A stretch of DNA of 64,000 nucleotides, taken from positions 1,178,001 to 1,242,000 of the forward strand of contig NC_043003.1 in the NCBI RefSeq assembly GCF_006345805.1, written 5' to 3'. A program made the position numbers and the translations under genes. Shown one piece after another: positions 10,908-24,035 of this stretch; positions within the stretch are counted from its first letter, which is position 1; each line of letters opens with the position of its first letter. Below the pieces are notes generated by a model that had not been told where the DNA came from, searched no databases, and saw only the letters and a list, made by a program, of their open reading frames with translations. The DNA is from Octopus sinensis (lineage: Eukaryota).

Positions 10908-13900
10908 GTAAGGAAGGAGGCGTGACAATATTGACGATAGACTCAGCGGATAAACCGGTCGCCCCACACGTGACAGCAGTTGTTCGACACAAGCCCACAG
11001 GTCGGAAATTGTTGGACACTGCACGAGTGCGTGCAGAACGGTTTCGTCGCTCTGACCGCATCTCGGGCAGGTCGGCCCCGTGTTTCTCGAGCCATGCCTA
11101 TAGAGCTTATCCCGAACGGGTAGCGCTTCTCGGTAGCACCGCCAGGCCAGGGATCTCTGGAAGTTGTCCATAGGTCCCGGCCCGAAAGTCGCTTCAAACA
11201 GGCGGGTCAGGTATTCCTCGTCGACGCCCAGGTTTGCCCCAAGATCGTCGTCGTACCTCCCCTCCACTAATCCCCTATAGAATGCTTTGGTTGTGTTGAA
11301 GTCACTCAAGGTCGACCCGAGACGGCAGAGTTGCTTGAGAGCAACGCGACACTCGCGGTGCCATTCGCCCTTCCTCGGCCTCTTTTTGATCCACGACTGC
11401 AGTTCGGTCATGGAGACGAGTTGCGGGAATGCGTGCCTCACAAACGGCGACCACACCTGTTCACCGTCGTCTACATAGAGCCGGAGATGTCGCAGTCTCA
11501 GCGCGTGTCTGCGCATCATCAACCAAGGCATGCCCAGCCCTCCTTTTAACGGGTGTTGACAGCAAATGGATCGCTTGACCATCGGGACACATCCTTTCCA
11601 CAAGAAGCGGAAGAGAATGCGTTCTAGTTTGGTGATGGTAGGGTCGGGACAAGGTACGACGGTCAGACGGTAGTAGATGATGGACGCGATGTACGTGTTC
11701 GCCACCTCCGCCCGACCTTTTAGGGACAGTTTCCTCTCGGCCCATTGCCGGGCTAGAGTGACCACCCTACTCGTTATCTCGTTCCAGTTCTTCTCCATTT
11801 GGAGGTCCGGACCGAACCAAACCCCGAGCAACTCAACCGGGCCGTCCGTCCGGCGTCCAACGACGGAGGTACTGGTGGACGGCATGGGCTTGCTTCTCCA
11901 GGTGCCGAGCCGCAAGCCCACTGACTTTTCCCGGTTGATTTTCGCTCCTGTCACCGCTTTGTAGTTTTTCAGTGTCTCGCCGATCAGTTCGATGTGCTCG
12001 TGGCTTGACACTATGACGGTGACGTCGTCCGCGTGTGCAGACACGCTTGTCCCGCATCCCAATTCTCGCGGGATGCCCCTCAAAGTCGTCAGCTTCCGCA
12101 GTAGTGACTCGAGAGTCAATATGTATAGAAGCGACGAGAGGGGGCATCCCTGACGGACCGAACGTGCAATGTCGAAAGGTCTCGATGGATGTCCATTTCC
12201 GCAAACTACCGAACGGATGCCTCTGTACGAGGCAGCTATCCAGCCGCGGAGTACGGGACCGAAACCAGCCGCTCTCTGGACTGCCTCCAAGTATCAATGG
12301 TCTACCCTATCGAAGGCTTTCGATTGATCCAAGTTGATCAGGGCCCCACCCATGCCAGGTTCGTTAACTACCCTGTCTATGATGTAGCGCATCAGATGGA
12401 GGTTGTCATGGATGCTCCGGCCCGGCACGGCGCACGTTTGTGCCTTGTCGATCAGTTTCTCGATGACAAGCGGCAACCTCTTGGCTAACATCTTGGTCAA
12501 AATTTTCAGGTCTGCATTGAGCAGGGCGATTGGTCTAAAGTTATCTATAATGTCCCCCTTGTTTGGATCTGTCTTCAGCAGCGTTACGGCTCCTCGACTC
12601 ACAAAACCGGGTATGCTCCCGTTTTGCTGCCAGTTGCAGTATACCGCTGCCAAGACGTCTCCAAACAAGTCTGACATACATTTTAAAACTCGTAGGGCAG
12701 ACCATCCAAACCCGGGATTGTCTCTCGAGCATTCTGCCATTGCGTCCCGCACATCCGCCGCCGTGATGGCACCTTCGCAGCACTCTGCCTCTCTTGCCGA
12801 GAGTCGCGGTAGGCTGTGCAGGTAGGCACTGAAGTCCACCCTGCGTTGACGCTCGCCACTCGTCCCGTACATCTTGCCTCGCACATCTTGCTGGGCTCGA
12901 GCAATTCGCGCCCTTGTTCATCTACCAAAGACCGAATGGTGGCTTTGTTGCCCTGCTGCGCCTCCGCCACCCGGGCCTCCCTCACGGCTCCAATACCTTC
13001 CATCCTTAGAGCACGCATCCTAGCCCTGACAGCACACCCTTCGTGTTTGGCGTTGAAATGTTGGTCAAGGGCCAACCTCGCCGCTAAAACGTCGGATGTG
13101 TTGCCGCTTCTTATTGCCTCTTCTAACTTCTTAACTAACTCACCCTCTACTCTATTTCTATCTACGGTTAGTGCCTTGCTATATCTAGTTGTTTCCGCTT
13201 TTACTGCTCTCTTGAGGGCGAACCACCATTTGTTGTTGACAATGGCTCCCGTTAAAGCCCTTTTTACTAACGTGTTGATTCTGTCTCTGAAAACCTGTCT
13301 GGACGGGAAAGATGCGTTCAGTTTCCAGTAACCGGGACCCTGTCTATGTGCCTTATCTAAGTCTAGCGTACACGTCACGAATTTGTGATCCGTGTAGCTG
13401 ACTGTGTGGAATTGTGGACATCCTAAGTTATCCCTGTCTACTGTCCTACACAGTATCCTATCTAGATACGATCTCGACGACCCACTGCGGTTGCTCCATG
13501 TCCACGTTGGTGCATTTGGGTGGTCGATTCGGTACCTGTCAGACAGTTGGAATCGTCTGAGCAGGTCTCTGAGGCATTTGCACCCCCTTCTGTTTTTGTC
13601 TCTCCCCACATAGTCTAGATGCGTGTCCAAGGTAGCATTCCAATCCCCCACTAAAAGTAAAGGACGAGACGTTCCCAGGAATACTTCTAGACGTCGAAAG
13701 AAATCCGGCCGACCTGTTAAAGGCGTGCGTAGACTGATACTAGTCGAAAAGCGCACCCATTGCTGCCGTCGACATCCAGAACGACCAGTCTACCCTCCGG
13801 GTCTACGAATATCGTCTTGACTTCGAGATCCAGGCTCTTCTGAAAAAGTACCGCGGTGCCACTACCGCCCATCCTCGGCAGACAGGGAGAAAAATAAATG

Positions 13901-14006
13901 TTAAACTGTCCGCCAAACATGGACTTTAGGGCCCGTGGCTCGTGGAGTCTGGTCTCACTTATGGCTATGATTCCCAAATCGTGTGACTTGATGTCACACG
14001 CTTTGG

Positions 14007-14008
<2 letters not shown>
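10907..14008 (-). mobile_element. L1/Tx1-clade non-LTR retrotransposon ORF2 (APE endonuclease, RT, zinc knuckle), frameshifted and truncated at both ends
   Basis: APE motifs [27 protein letters not shown] motifs NFRPIALLNADLK, NLDQSKAFDRVDH, VRQGCPLS, HADD (mutated YADD). C-terminal CPRCGQSDETVLHALVQC. Split over ORFs 13717-13977, 12683-13756, 12294-12884 and 10764-12290. GC-rich island. Confidence 0.95.
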
Positions 14009-14104
<96 letters not shown>

Positions 14105-14148
14105 CAGACTGATAGATAGATAGATAGATAGATAGATTAGATAGATAG

Positions 14149-14205
<57 letters not shown>
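14008..14205. repeat. (GATA)n microsatellite
   Basis: Direct reading. A second GATA array (10827-10906) flanks the other end of the LINE. Confidence 0.95.
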
Positions 14206-14721
14206 GTGTAAATGTTATCTTGAGACAATAAACGTTATAATGAACACAAAAAGTACAGAGTGTGAGAAATATGATATTAGTTTAAAGCTAGAGAAGGAAG
14301 AAAATAATGTCTTAACGTTTCGGATATTAGTTAGTTGTCAGATAAAGGAGAAAGAGAAGCACAAAGAGAGAAAGTGAAACAGTGAGCGCATGAAATAAGA
14401 AGAGAGTGCACACACATGTGTATGTGTACATAAATTTATATATACATATAGATATATATCTAAACACACGCGCGCACACGCATACACACACACACATGCC
14501 TGTATATATATTCACACCCCAGTTTCTAAATTTTACAAAATTTTACTCACGAGGTTTATTGTTCAGCCCAAACCTACTCGAATGGGTCAGTGGCAGGAAT
14601 ACTATGAATTTGGACCAATAAATGATTGTATGTCCGTTCGTATTTCCGTAGACATGGTGAGGTAAGATTATAGGTGAGGAAAGCATTTAAGCTCTCTTCC
14701 ACAAATTAAACACTAAAGAAA

Positions 14722-14860
14722 TACGGTAAACCTTCAACGATCCCAGGTGTTGGGTTACAAAACCCACCGCGACAGGTGAAAATCCGCGAAGTAGAAACAG
14801 TGCTGTGCTGTATATTTTTTATTATTATTTTTATAATTTGTATATATTTTATTATACAAA
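14722..14860 (+). mobile_element. Tigger/pogo-like terminal fragment
   Basis: TACGGTAAACCTTC..CCGCGACAGGTGAAAATCCGCGAAGTAG resembles Tigger-type ends. Confidence 0.45.
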
Positions 14861-14899
14861 TTATAGGCTAGTCAATCATATTTGGTCTTTCATGAAAAT

Positions 14900-15406
14900 C
14901 CCTCTCTTGTCATTCCTTTGGTCCTACTCATTAATTATTCCCTGCATTTCTCAAATCAGAAAAGCTTGCACGTTTGAAAGCCAAAACACATGATAACTCG
15001 TCTTCGCAAAGCACAAAAATGCACCGAGTGATACAGACTGTCTGCAAATGCGCATGCGCATCCAACTGTCAAGGGTAAAATTATCTCCGTCCAATCAAAA
15101 AACAGCTGTAGTCTAATGGTGTATCTAACTGTAAGCACGCACCGCGTACAAATTTCTGTGTTTTAGCGATTTTGAATGGATATGCCCATAACTTATAGGC
15201 ATAAGGAATCGGTTTATTGAATTTTTTAATGGCTTTCTGGGGTGACTGGGGAAATGAAAAGACTTTCACGACCACCCTCAGACAGTTTTGAAAGCCCATG
15301 GAAAATGCGAGCCTTTTACGGGAAAAACTGTGGATTTGTATAAAGGACACACAGACAACAGACACACAGACACACAGACATTTTGCCGTTTAATAGATAT
15401 AGAGAT
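14900..15406 (+). mobile_element. Helentron/HINE (DINE-1-like) non-autonomous element, 3' part
   Basis: Ends with an ACAGAC repeat followed by TTTAATAGATATAGAGAT, the same terminal style as 45486-46000. Confidence 0.5.
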
Positions 15407-15412
15407 TACTTC

Positions 15413-15625
15413 AAGGCAGCGAGCTGGCAGAATCGTTAGCACGCCGGGCGAAATGCTTAGCGGTATCTCGTCTGTCTTTCCGTTCTGAGTTCAAATCCCC
15501 CCAAGGTCGACTTTGCCTTTCATCCTTTCGAGGTCGATAAATTAAGTACCAGTTGCGTACTGAGGTCAATATAATCGACTCGTTCATTTCCACAAAATTT
15601 CCGCCCCTGTGCTTAGAGTACAAAA
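15413..15625 (+). mobile_element. SINE family B
   Basis: AAGGCAGCGAGCTGGCAGAATCGTTAGCACGCCGGGCGAAATGC..GTCGACTTTGCCTTTCATCCTTTCGAGGTCGATAAATTAAGTACCAG. Confidence 0.85.
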
Positions 15626-16279
15626 GTATATTAGATATTACTTCTACTAATATATTCATAGGCGCAGACATGGCTGTGTGGTTAATAAGTTCGCTTCCCA
15701 GCCCCATGGTTTTAGGTTCAGTGCCACTGCGCGGCATCTTGGGTAGGTTCCTTCTACTACAGTCCCAAGCCGACCATTGCCTAATGAGTGAAGTTCGTAG
15801 AATGAAATAGTGGAAGCCGTCGTGTATGTATATATATATATATATAATATTATATATATAATATATATCTACCTCCTAAGATAAAGATTTCAATACTGAA
15901 GATTGACTGTAACCATAACTCGAATTATTACGAATTGGACAGCCATGAAACGATCGTAGTGTTTACTCATTATCTTTTATAAACTTTAATACTTTTGATA
16001 TATATTTAAAATAAATAATTAATTAATTTTATGTATTGGCTTAAGTTTTTCATGTTTGATTTGCCTAATAGTGGTTTTATCTCTAATTTAATATTTATAT
16101 AATATATATTATATTATATATATATATATATATACAGCGTTGCTCGATATACGAGTTAATTTGTTCTCAGAGATCGTTGTAAAGCAGAGCAATGATTTCC
16201 CATAGTAGCAATGTTATAAGTCGTAATTCATTCCCAGAAACATATTTAACCGGTAAAATTTATAAATAGTTGTAAATCA

Positions 16280-16645
16280 GGTGTGGCTGTGTGGTAAAAA
16301 GCTTGCTTACCAACCGCATGGTTCCGAGTTCAGTCTCACTACATGGCACCTTGGGCAAGTGTCTTCTACTATAGCCTCGGGCCAACCAAAGCCTTGTGAG
16401 TGGATTTGGTAGATGGAAACTGAAAGAAGCCCGTCGTATATGTGTGTGTTTCTTTGTGACTGTGCTTTCCCCGCACACACACCATCGCTTGACAACTGAT
16501 GTTGATATGTTTATTTCCCCGTAACTTAGCGGTTCCGCAAAAGAGACCGATAGAATAAGTACCAGGCCTACAAAGAATATGTCTTGAGGTGTATTTGTTC
16601 GACTAAAATGGCCGCAGTCAAATGACTGAAACGAATAAAAGAATA
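16280..16645 (+). mobile_element. SINE family A
   Basis: Head GTGGCTGTGTGGTAA through tail CAGTCAAATGACTGAAAC. Confidence 0.85.
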
Positions 16646-16874
16646 AATGGCAATAAAACAACAGCAGAATGTAAAGAATATTTTATGTTAAGTAAAAAGA
16701 ATTTCAAGATCCTTTATAATAAAAGAACATTATTATTATTATTTTCTCAATCACTTTCACTCGCACTAGACGCATGCGCACACCCTCACTTATAGACGCG
16801 ATCGCCGATTCACAAGCATTCGTAGACGGACTTATAGATTTCATTTTAAAAAACAAATTTACACTTCTATGTTT

Positions 16875-17155
16875 AAGAGATGAGGAATTATGTACATTAT
16901 TTACATTTAACGGATATTTGTCATCTTGTTTGTTGTTAATACAATGTTTCGTCTGATATACCCTCCAGCCTTCATCAGGTGTCTTGGGAAATTATTACTA
17001 CTATTCAGGTCACTGCCTGGAATTGAACTCGTAACCTTGGGGTTAGTAGACCGCGCTCTTAACCACTACGCCATATGCCCGTGGCCAATTATGGAGTGAA
17101 TTTTAGAGCGTATTAATCAAATATTCTCCTATCTTCCCTTAATACCGGTTCCCAT
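16875..17155 (-). mobile_element. Short element with a tRNA-like segment followed by a hammerhead-like motif
   Basis: tRNA-like 17008-17080 (A box TGGCGTAGTGG, B box GAGTTCAATTCC). About 25 nt downstream: GACAC-CTGATGA-A-GGCTG..CAGAC-GAAAC-ATT-GTATT (16938-16983). Confidence 0.65.
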
Positions 17156-17159
17156 ATTA

Positions 17160-17373
17160 CTCTTTTACTCTTTTACTTGTTTCAGTCATTTGACTGCGGC
17201 CATGCTGGAGCACCGCCTTGATTCGAGCAACTCGATCCAGGGACTTATTCTTTTGTAAGCCCAGTACTTATTCTATCGGTCTCTTTTGCCGAACCGCCAA
17301 GTAACGGGGACATAAACACACCAGCATCAGTTGTCAAGCAATGCTAGGGGCACACACACAAACACACACACGC

Positions 17374-17406
<33 letters not shown>

Positions 17407-17469
17407 TACGACGGGCTTCTTTCAGTTTCCGTCTACCAAATCCACTCACAAGGCTTTGGTCGGCCCGAG
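17160..17469 (-). mobile_element. SINE family A, interrupted at 17470 by a PLE fragment
   Basis: Tail (AAAAGAGT repeats) and body present. The head is replaced by the GIY-YIG fragment. Confidence 0.8.
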
Positions 17470-17895
17470 ATATGCTGTTCATATCTGCACTCAGTCTGCT
17501 TAGGAGGTTGTTGTGTCCTAGCATATGTGCTGCCTCTTTTAGTTTTCGTATTTTCTAGTGAATATCTCTGTCTATTATTTTAACTTCATCCCACAAGGGG
17601 AGGTGGTCTCCATTTTTCCATACATGATCAGCTAAATCTGATTTTTCGATATCTCCTCGTGTCACAGCTTTGCGATGTTCCTCTACCCTTATTTTGAGGG
17701 GCGGCATGTTTCGCCTTTGTATACTCTACCACAGCTGCATGGGATGGAGTACACGCAGTTTTTGGTCATATTCGAAGGAGATATTTGTGAAGTGTTGTAT
17801 TACTCTTGAATACTGACTGTCCTGATATCATATGGGCTGCATATCTTTTGTATCTCTTCGGAGAAGCCTTTCACATGAGGTAGACAGACTGTGAA
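17470..17895 (-). pseudogene. Penelope/Poseidon-type PLE fragment (RT linker plus GIY-YIG endonuclease), degenerate
   Basis: Manual translation: VCLPHVKGFSEEIQKICSPYDIRTV..KNCVYSIPCSCGRVYKGETCRPLKIRVEEHRKAV..LADHVWKNGDHLPLWDEVKIID..KLKEAAHM, with frameshifts and a stop. Confidence 0.85.
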
Positions 17896-18490
17896 AGGCC
17901 AAAAGGGACGATAGAATAAAACTTTAAAAAACATGTACTGAGTGCAATTTGTTCGATTAAACCCTTCGAGGTGGTGCTCCAGCATGGCCGCAGTCTGTGA
18001 CCTAAACAAGTAAACGATAAAAGATTTTACGCACAAAGTGTATTATATAAAATGAAACCCACACCAAGTACAGAACAGGCGAACTCATAATTGCAGGAAA
18101 CCTTTTGAGGGGACACAAAACGCGACAACCTAAAATGCAAGCTGATACTGGTAATACATTACCAGAATGATATAAGATAGCCTTTTATTTACCAACACAT
18201 CGCAGGCACGTCAACTAAGAAATATACTCAGCGTGAACCATGTAATTTATGAATTTTACTGTAAATGGGAGAGTTACAAACGTCAGTCCTCACTGTAACA
18301 TTGAACAGATTAGTATAACGCTATATCGTAGGCTCAGCAGGCTTTTAAAACAAGGATCAGTTACAGCGCTGAGGAAAGTATCGTAAAAAATAAGGCGAGA
18401 CATTAAAAGAGAATAACTTCCATACTTTACAAAACTTCCCACAGAAACTCAAGGCTGATTATGAAAACATACATACATACATTATATCAC

Positions 18491-18546
<56 letters not shown>

Positions 18547-18564
18547 TATATATATATATTAATA

Positions 18565-18642
<78 letters not shown>

Positions 18643-18683
18643 TATATATATATATATAGATAGATAGATAGATATATATTATA

Positions 18684-18744
<61 letters not shown>

Positions 18745-18755
18745 ATATATATATA

Positions 18756-18805
<50 letters not shown>

Positions 18806-21190
18806 CCGGAGTAAACACATAATGTGAACAAGGTGGAAAAAAGAGTACTCAAATACCAGTGGTAGAGTAATATGCTTTATTTTAAGCAGCAGAAAATTCA
18901 ACAAAATCTGTTACTCTGAGTTTCTCGTTGCCGTTCATATCAGACATTTTTTGCTAGAATGGAACTGATATATCAATTCAATCTATACTCTAACAAACGC
19001 TACACCTTAAAAAGAAATGGACTTGTTTGATTGCCCTTTAGAAAAACGGTCAATCTTCGAGCGATAAACAAAAAGGTCAAAATATATGTATATATATATA
19101 AAAAACTTATAAAAATTATAAAATCCGAGGAAAAAACCTATTGCCGTTAATGAAGACAGTACAAATTAATGCATAGAAATTAAACCTGTTATAAATACTG
19201 CAACCATATTTATATTAAAATCTACATATATATATCAACATACACAAAAGGATGCGCGTAAACGCCATACATACATATACAGACGTATGAATATAAATCT
19301 AAATATACACATAAAAGCATGTGTACATATATTCACGCAAACCGTCTCGCACGCAAGCTAAAATTCATCTATGTAGCAATTCTCATATACTGAGCAAGGA
19401 GGGGGAACGAAAGAAAGGGAGAGAGAGAAAAAGGAACGAGGAGGGGTGGGGAAAAAACGAATAAGAAAAAAATTATGTATACAAGCAGTGTAACGCTATT
19501 ATTGGCATATATAGAGACCAGTATACATACACAAGTTTGAATGGATACATATACATACAGTCGTGTATATGTGTGCTTAAGCACAACATACTTTCACTTA
19601 CACATACACAGATACGCATGCTTACAAATACATATGCTTTGCTATACACATACTTATATAACATTCTAATTTTGACAACATGCTTTTTTTAAAAAAAACA
19701 TTGCTTTTAAAAATGGGTGCATTAATAAAAATATATACGAAAGACATATAAAATAAAATATAACACCTATTTTGGGTCATTTATAAATAATCAAGGTAAT
19801 ATAGATAATCAAGGTAATCCTATGCAATACAATAACATGAAAACAAAGTTTGTAGGTTTTTCCTAATATATATGTAGAAACATAAGACTTTGCTATACGG
19901 ATTAAGATCCGCATAGCTTGGAAACAAAAACAAAATCCATCGTAGCGCTCATCGTTCAAGAGTCAAAATCAAAATCAAAATTACAAAATATATACTCTAT
20001 CCATATGGTATATTTATATTCGACATTTTAAATTTAGCCGCGTGCCTACATAAGTTCATTAGCTCACTTCTTTGATTCAAAGAATTATTGTATTTGAATA
20101 AGATATACATTTTTTCTAATAGACAAAGCTTGCACTTGAAATTATTTTTGTGTGCTCCATGCCTGTATGGTGCCGCCCTGTCCAGAATGCTCCATGTCAC
20201 GTTGAAAGGTGGGGCTTCCTTTTCTTTTAGTTCCCAGACATATTTTGCTAGCTGTTTTCTTCCTATCTCTGGGTATTTAAATGAATTTTTATGAGAATAA
20301 AATCTTTTTTAAATGAATTTCTGAAGCCCCTGTGTATGTCTTGTATTCCGATGAGCCTTCCACTTGCACCTTGGCTCTATAAACTACTCCTTTCACTAGA
20401 CATTTCTCTTCTAACGGACAGGAGCTTTCGTTTTTGAAATTACATTTCTTAATGGGCTCGGCACCATGTCTAATCTCAATTAGCTTCCTATTATGTTGGC
20501 TAATGTAAGAGGCGAAATTTCTGCAACAAGTAGCTAACCTTCAGGGTTCTTCTATTAAATATTCTATAGAATTTATGACCCTGCTTAAAATGCTTAGAGA
20601 CTAATCTCAAAAATTCCTTACCTATATTAGTCTTACGGCCAAATTGAAAGCCGGGTTGAACCACAAAACTTTCCTGGTCCTAGTTCTTCGTGCAGCATTA
20701 TTATCAGCATTAGCTGGTTGAACTGGATCTTCTCAGAGAATCCACTATTCTTTAATGCGCTATCGTAATAAGGTGCAGCATTATGGAATGCTGCCTCGTC
20801 CGAAGAATTGAAGATATTCTTCTACCTACATTGCTGACTAAGTTCCTAAGGATAACTGGTGGATGGTTCGAATCTTTGCTAATATACGATAGCTTTTCAT
20901 TGGGCTTACGGAAAGGTTTAAATCTATCCGATCTTACATTAAAATTTACGTCTAAAAAATCTACACTATTCAGGTTAGCATCTATCGTAACCCGTAAGCC
21001 CATCCTTTGAAAGAAAGCTATAAGGTCCTTCCTAAGTCTATCTGATTCATGGCCGTTTAGATTATGCGTGGCTATAAGGCCGTCATCCCTATATAAACCT
21101 GCATCTATAAATGGGAATTCTATTTTTAGATTATGGAGAATAAAGGCTCCTATGAGCATACATAATTCAGCCCCGTCGTATGCCCCCATT
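18806..21190 (-). mobile_element. Hydra-clade-like PLE, 5'-truncated (RT C-half, GIY-YIG, presumed 3' UTR with degenerate HHR)
   Basis: RT MGAYDGAELC, GLYRDDGL, VDFLDV, SNHPP (20752-21189). Linker KVLWFNP..IGKEFL..KHF. Endonuclease CPLEEKCLVKGVVYRA..YTG..WSIL..CKLCLLEK..LNQRSEL..CRH (to 19997). TA arrays at both ends. Linking 18806-19997 to the element is inferred. Confidence 0.85.
18908..18947 (-). ncRNA. Degenerate minimal hammerhead-like motif
   Basis: TGT-CTGAT(AT)GA-A-CG-GCAA-CG-A-GAAA-CTC-A-GAG-TA-ACA: 2-nt insertion in the core, near-palindromic stem III, AATAAA about 25 nt downstream. Confidence 0.5.
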
Positions 21191-21227
21191 AAATTATTTT
21201 GTCAGCATTTCTTTCATTTCCTTTATA

Positions 21228-21309
<82 letters not shown>

Positions 21310-21414
21310 ATAGATATATATATATCTATATATTATTTATTTAAAGTCACAATACATGTATTAAAGAGCTACTGATAGTTTCAAACGTTGAGAAAACTCA
21401 AACATATTCTCCAG

Positions 21415-21722
21415 GCGCCAGTGGTTAGAGCGTCGAGCTTACAATCGAGAGGTTGTGAGCTCGAATCCCGGACCGGACTGCGTGTTGTGTTCTTGAGCAA
21501 GACACTTTATTTCACGTTGCTCCAGTTAACTCAGTTGTAGAAATGAGTTGCAACATCACTGGTACCAAGCTGTATCGGCCCCTTTGCCTTTCCCTTGGAT
21601 AACATCAGTGGTGTGGAGAGGAGAAGCTGGTATGCATGGGCGACTGCTGGCCTTCCACAAACTACCTTGGCCGGACTTGTGCCTCGGAGGGTAACTTTCT
21701 AGGTGCAATCCCATGGTCAATT
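21415..21722 (+). mobile_element. tRNA-derived SINE (family D)
   Basis: AGTGGTTAGAGCG..GAGCTCGAATCCCG head and TTCTTGAGCAAGACACTT central motif. Confidence 0.75.
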
Positions 21723-22194
21723 CAAATATATTTGGGATATATTTCAACTTGTAAAAGCAATTTCCCTGCAGTTGACTGCGGAGTAAAAATTCTTGCTTAT
21801 CGTAAAAAGTGTAAAGACACTATCATCAGCTCAAAGCGCACTCTGGGAACCGCTAGATCCGTATTTCTTGCTCTTGTGACGTCAGTAACTGATAGCAAGA
21901 AGAGGTAACAGCGAGTCGTCCGAAAGCCTTGGCAGTAAATACTTATGACTGATTCGTGTTATTCGACCGCTTGGTTTCAACAAATATATAAAGAGTAGTG
22001 CAAAGCAGTGTTGGGGGAAATAAGGGAACTTTAGGTCAGTTCAAATATTGTGGGGGAAATATTTGATCTTCGAAAGGTAATTTCACTGTAGTTTGCCATG
22101 AAGACAAAAATTCTTACTTATGGCGGTAAAAGTGTTGAGACACCATAATCAGCTCACAGAGTCCGAGCGCGCACGCATGAGTGTGCGTGTGTGC

Positions 22195-22233
<39 letters not shown>

Positions 22234-22938
22234 TGGGTGTGCATACACATATATTCATATGCATGCATACACACACATGATCGTCTTCCAGACGACTGTT
22301 TCGCCCAGTGTTTGACCTCTGACCTTTAACTAGTAACAGCTGATAGAGCTGAATGTTATAAATGTTATTAGAACAAAGTCGAACGATGCCCTTGGCACAC
22401 TCCATCATTGGCTTCCCCCACCATCGACCTTTTCAATGCCAACCAAAAAGACATTAAGATCTCATTGAAAAATACCAGAATATGAATTCTGTTTGTTTAA
22501 ATTCTGCCTCGTTTTTCAGTCAAAGCATTCGGCGTCAGTTGTTCTGTTTGTTCCGAGGTAATGTGTTTCTCTCGACCCTTCGGACTTACAAGGCCTGTTA
22601 CCCGGTTCTCATGGCGTATGGCTTTTCACCTGAAAAGGAACACCGGTCCGTTGCAGGATACAACGCAAGCAATTTATGAAAGGAGGTCACTTGATTACAT
22701 CGACCCCAATATTTGCGACCACGAAGGGATAAAAGGTGAAGTTCACCTCGTCAGGGTTTGAACTCAGAACGTAAAGAGCCGGAATAAATGGCTCTGAGCA
22801 TTTTTGTCCAACGTGCTAATCCTTTTGGCAGCTTGCCGCTTTACCAAGATAAAAACTAAACTGGAAAACTCTGGGGCCGCGTTCCTATCTTAAAAAAGTG
22901 AGGCATTCGCTTGAAGGTTATCTTCTCTTTCGTAGGGT

Positions 22939-22970
<32 letters not shown>

Positions 22971-23629
22971 TCGTTTCATTGTTTGTGCGTGAGCGTATGA
23001 ATACTTGTGAGTGTGTATGCATGTGTGTATGCGCATGCGCATGTGCATGTCTCTGTGTGTGTATGTGCTCACGCGCATGTGAAATTGCGTGTGTTTCTAG
23101 CAAGGGGCGGATATAGAGCAAAATGTTTATATATGACTGTGTGAATGTTGAGCAGCTCAATAAAAAATTACCTGCTGGACTGCCAAAGACTCGATTAAAG
23201 GGCGTACGCGCGCACACCCTCCCTCCACGCACACACACACACTCACACTTTCACTGACTCATCTACACAGGTGTTAACTTAAAAATAGATGACCGGACAT
23301 ATTTTAAACCCAGGTGGTAATTGTCAAGTTAAAATGCGTGCGTAAATGTATGAACTCACGGATTTACAAACACACAGTCACACCGCATGCGCACACACGA
23401 AGCAAACATCCTACACGCAGACAGATACGCTCATACACATATTTTGAAATGTGTTACGCAAACTTACAGGCCGCCATTTCTGTTTTAATTCGTTAAATAC
23501 AAAAATGTCTGGCACAGGTGACTTTACGTATGTCTGCACATACAGGTATGCACACACGCATATATGTGGATAGGGTTATGCATGTATGTTACACAGGTAA
23601 CGAATTGTGTGTGTGTAGGTATGTGTATT

Positions 23630-24035
23630 CTTGTATTTGTTTCAGTCATTTTGACTGCGGCCATGCAGGAGCACCGCCTTTTAGTCGGACAAATTGACCC
23701 CGGGACTTATTTCTTTGTAAGCCTAGTACATATTCTATCGGTTCTCTTTTGCCGAACCACCAGGTTACGAGGACGTAAACACACCAACATCGGTTGTCAA
23801 GCTATGGTGGGGGAACAAACACACGCACAAACACACACACACACACACAACCATACACACACACACATATACACATATACACGACAGGCTTCTTTCATTT
23901 TCCGTCTACCAAATTCACTCACAAGACTTTGGTCGGCCCAAGGCTATAGTAGAAAACACTTGCCCAAGGTGTCACGCAGCGGAACTGAACCATGTGGTTG
24001 GGAAGCAAGCTACTTACCACACAGACACTCCTACA
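23630..24035 (-). mobile_element. SINE family A
   Basis: Full head-microsatellite-tail layout. Confidence 0.8.

Noticed and set aside
12403-13331. Plus-strand ORFs of 140 and 171 aa
   Set aside because: Antisense shadows of the GC-rich LINE ORF2.
17008-17080. Possible tRNA gene
   Set aside because: The acceptor stem does not pair properly and there is no terminator. Treated as a tRNA-derived element head, like the other SINE heads.
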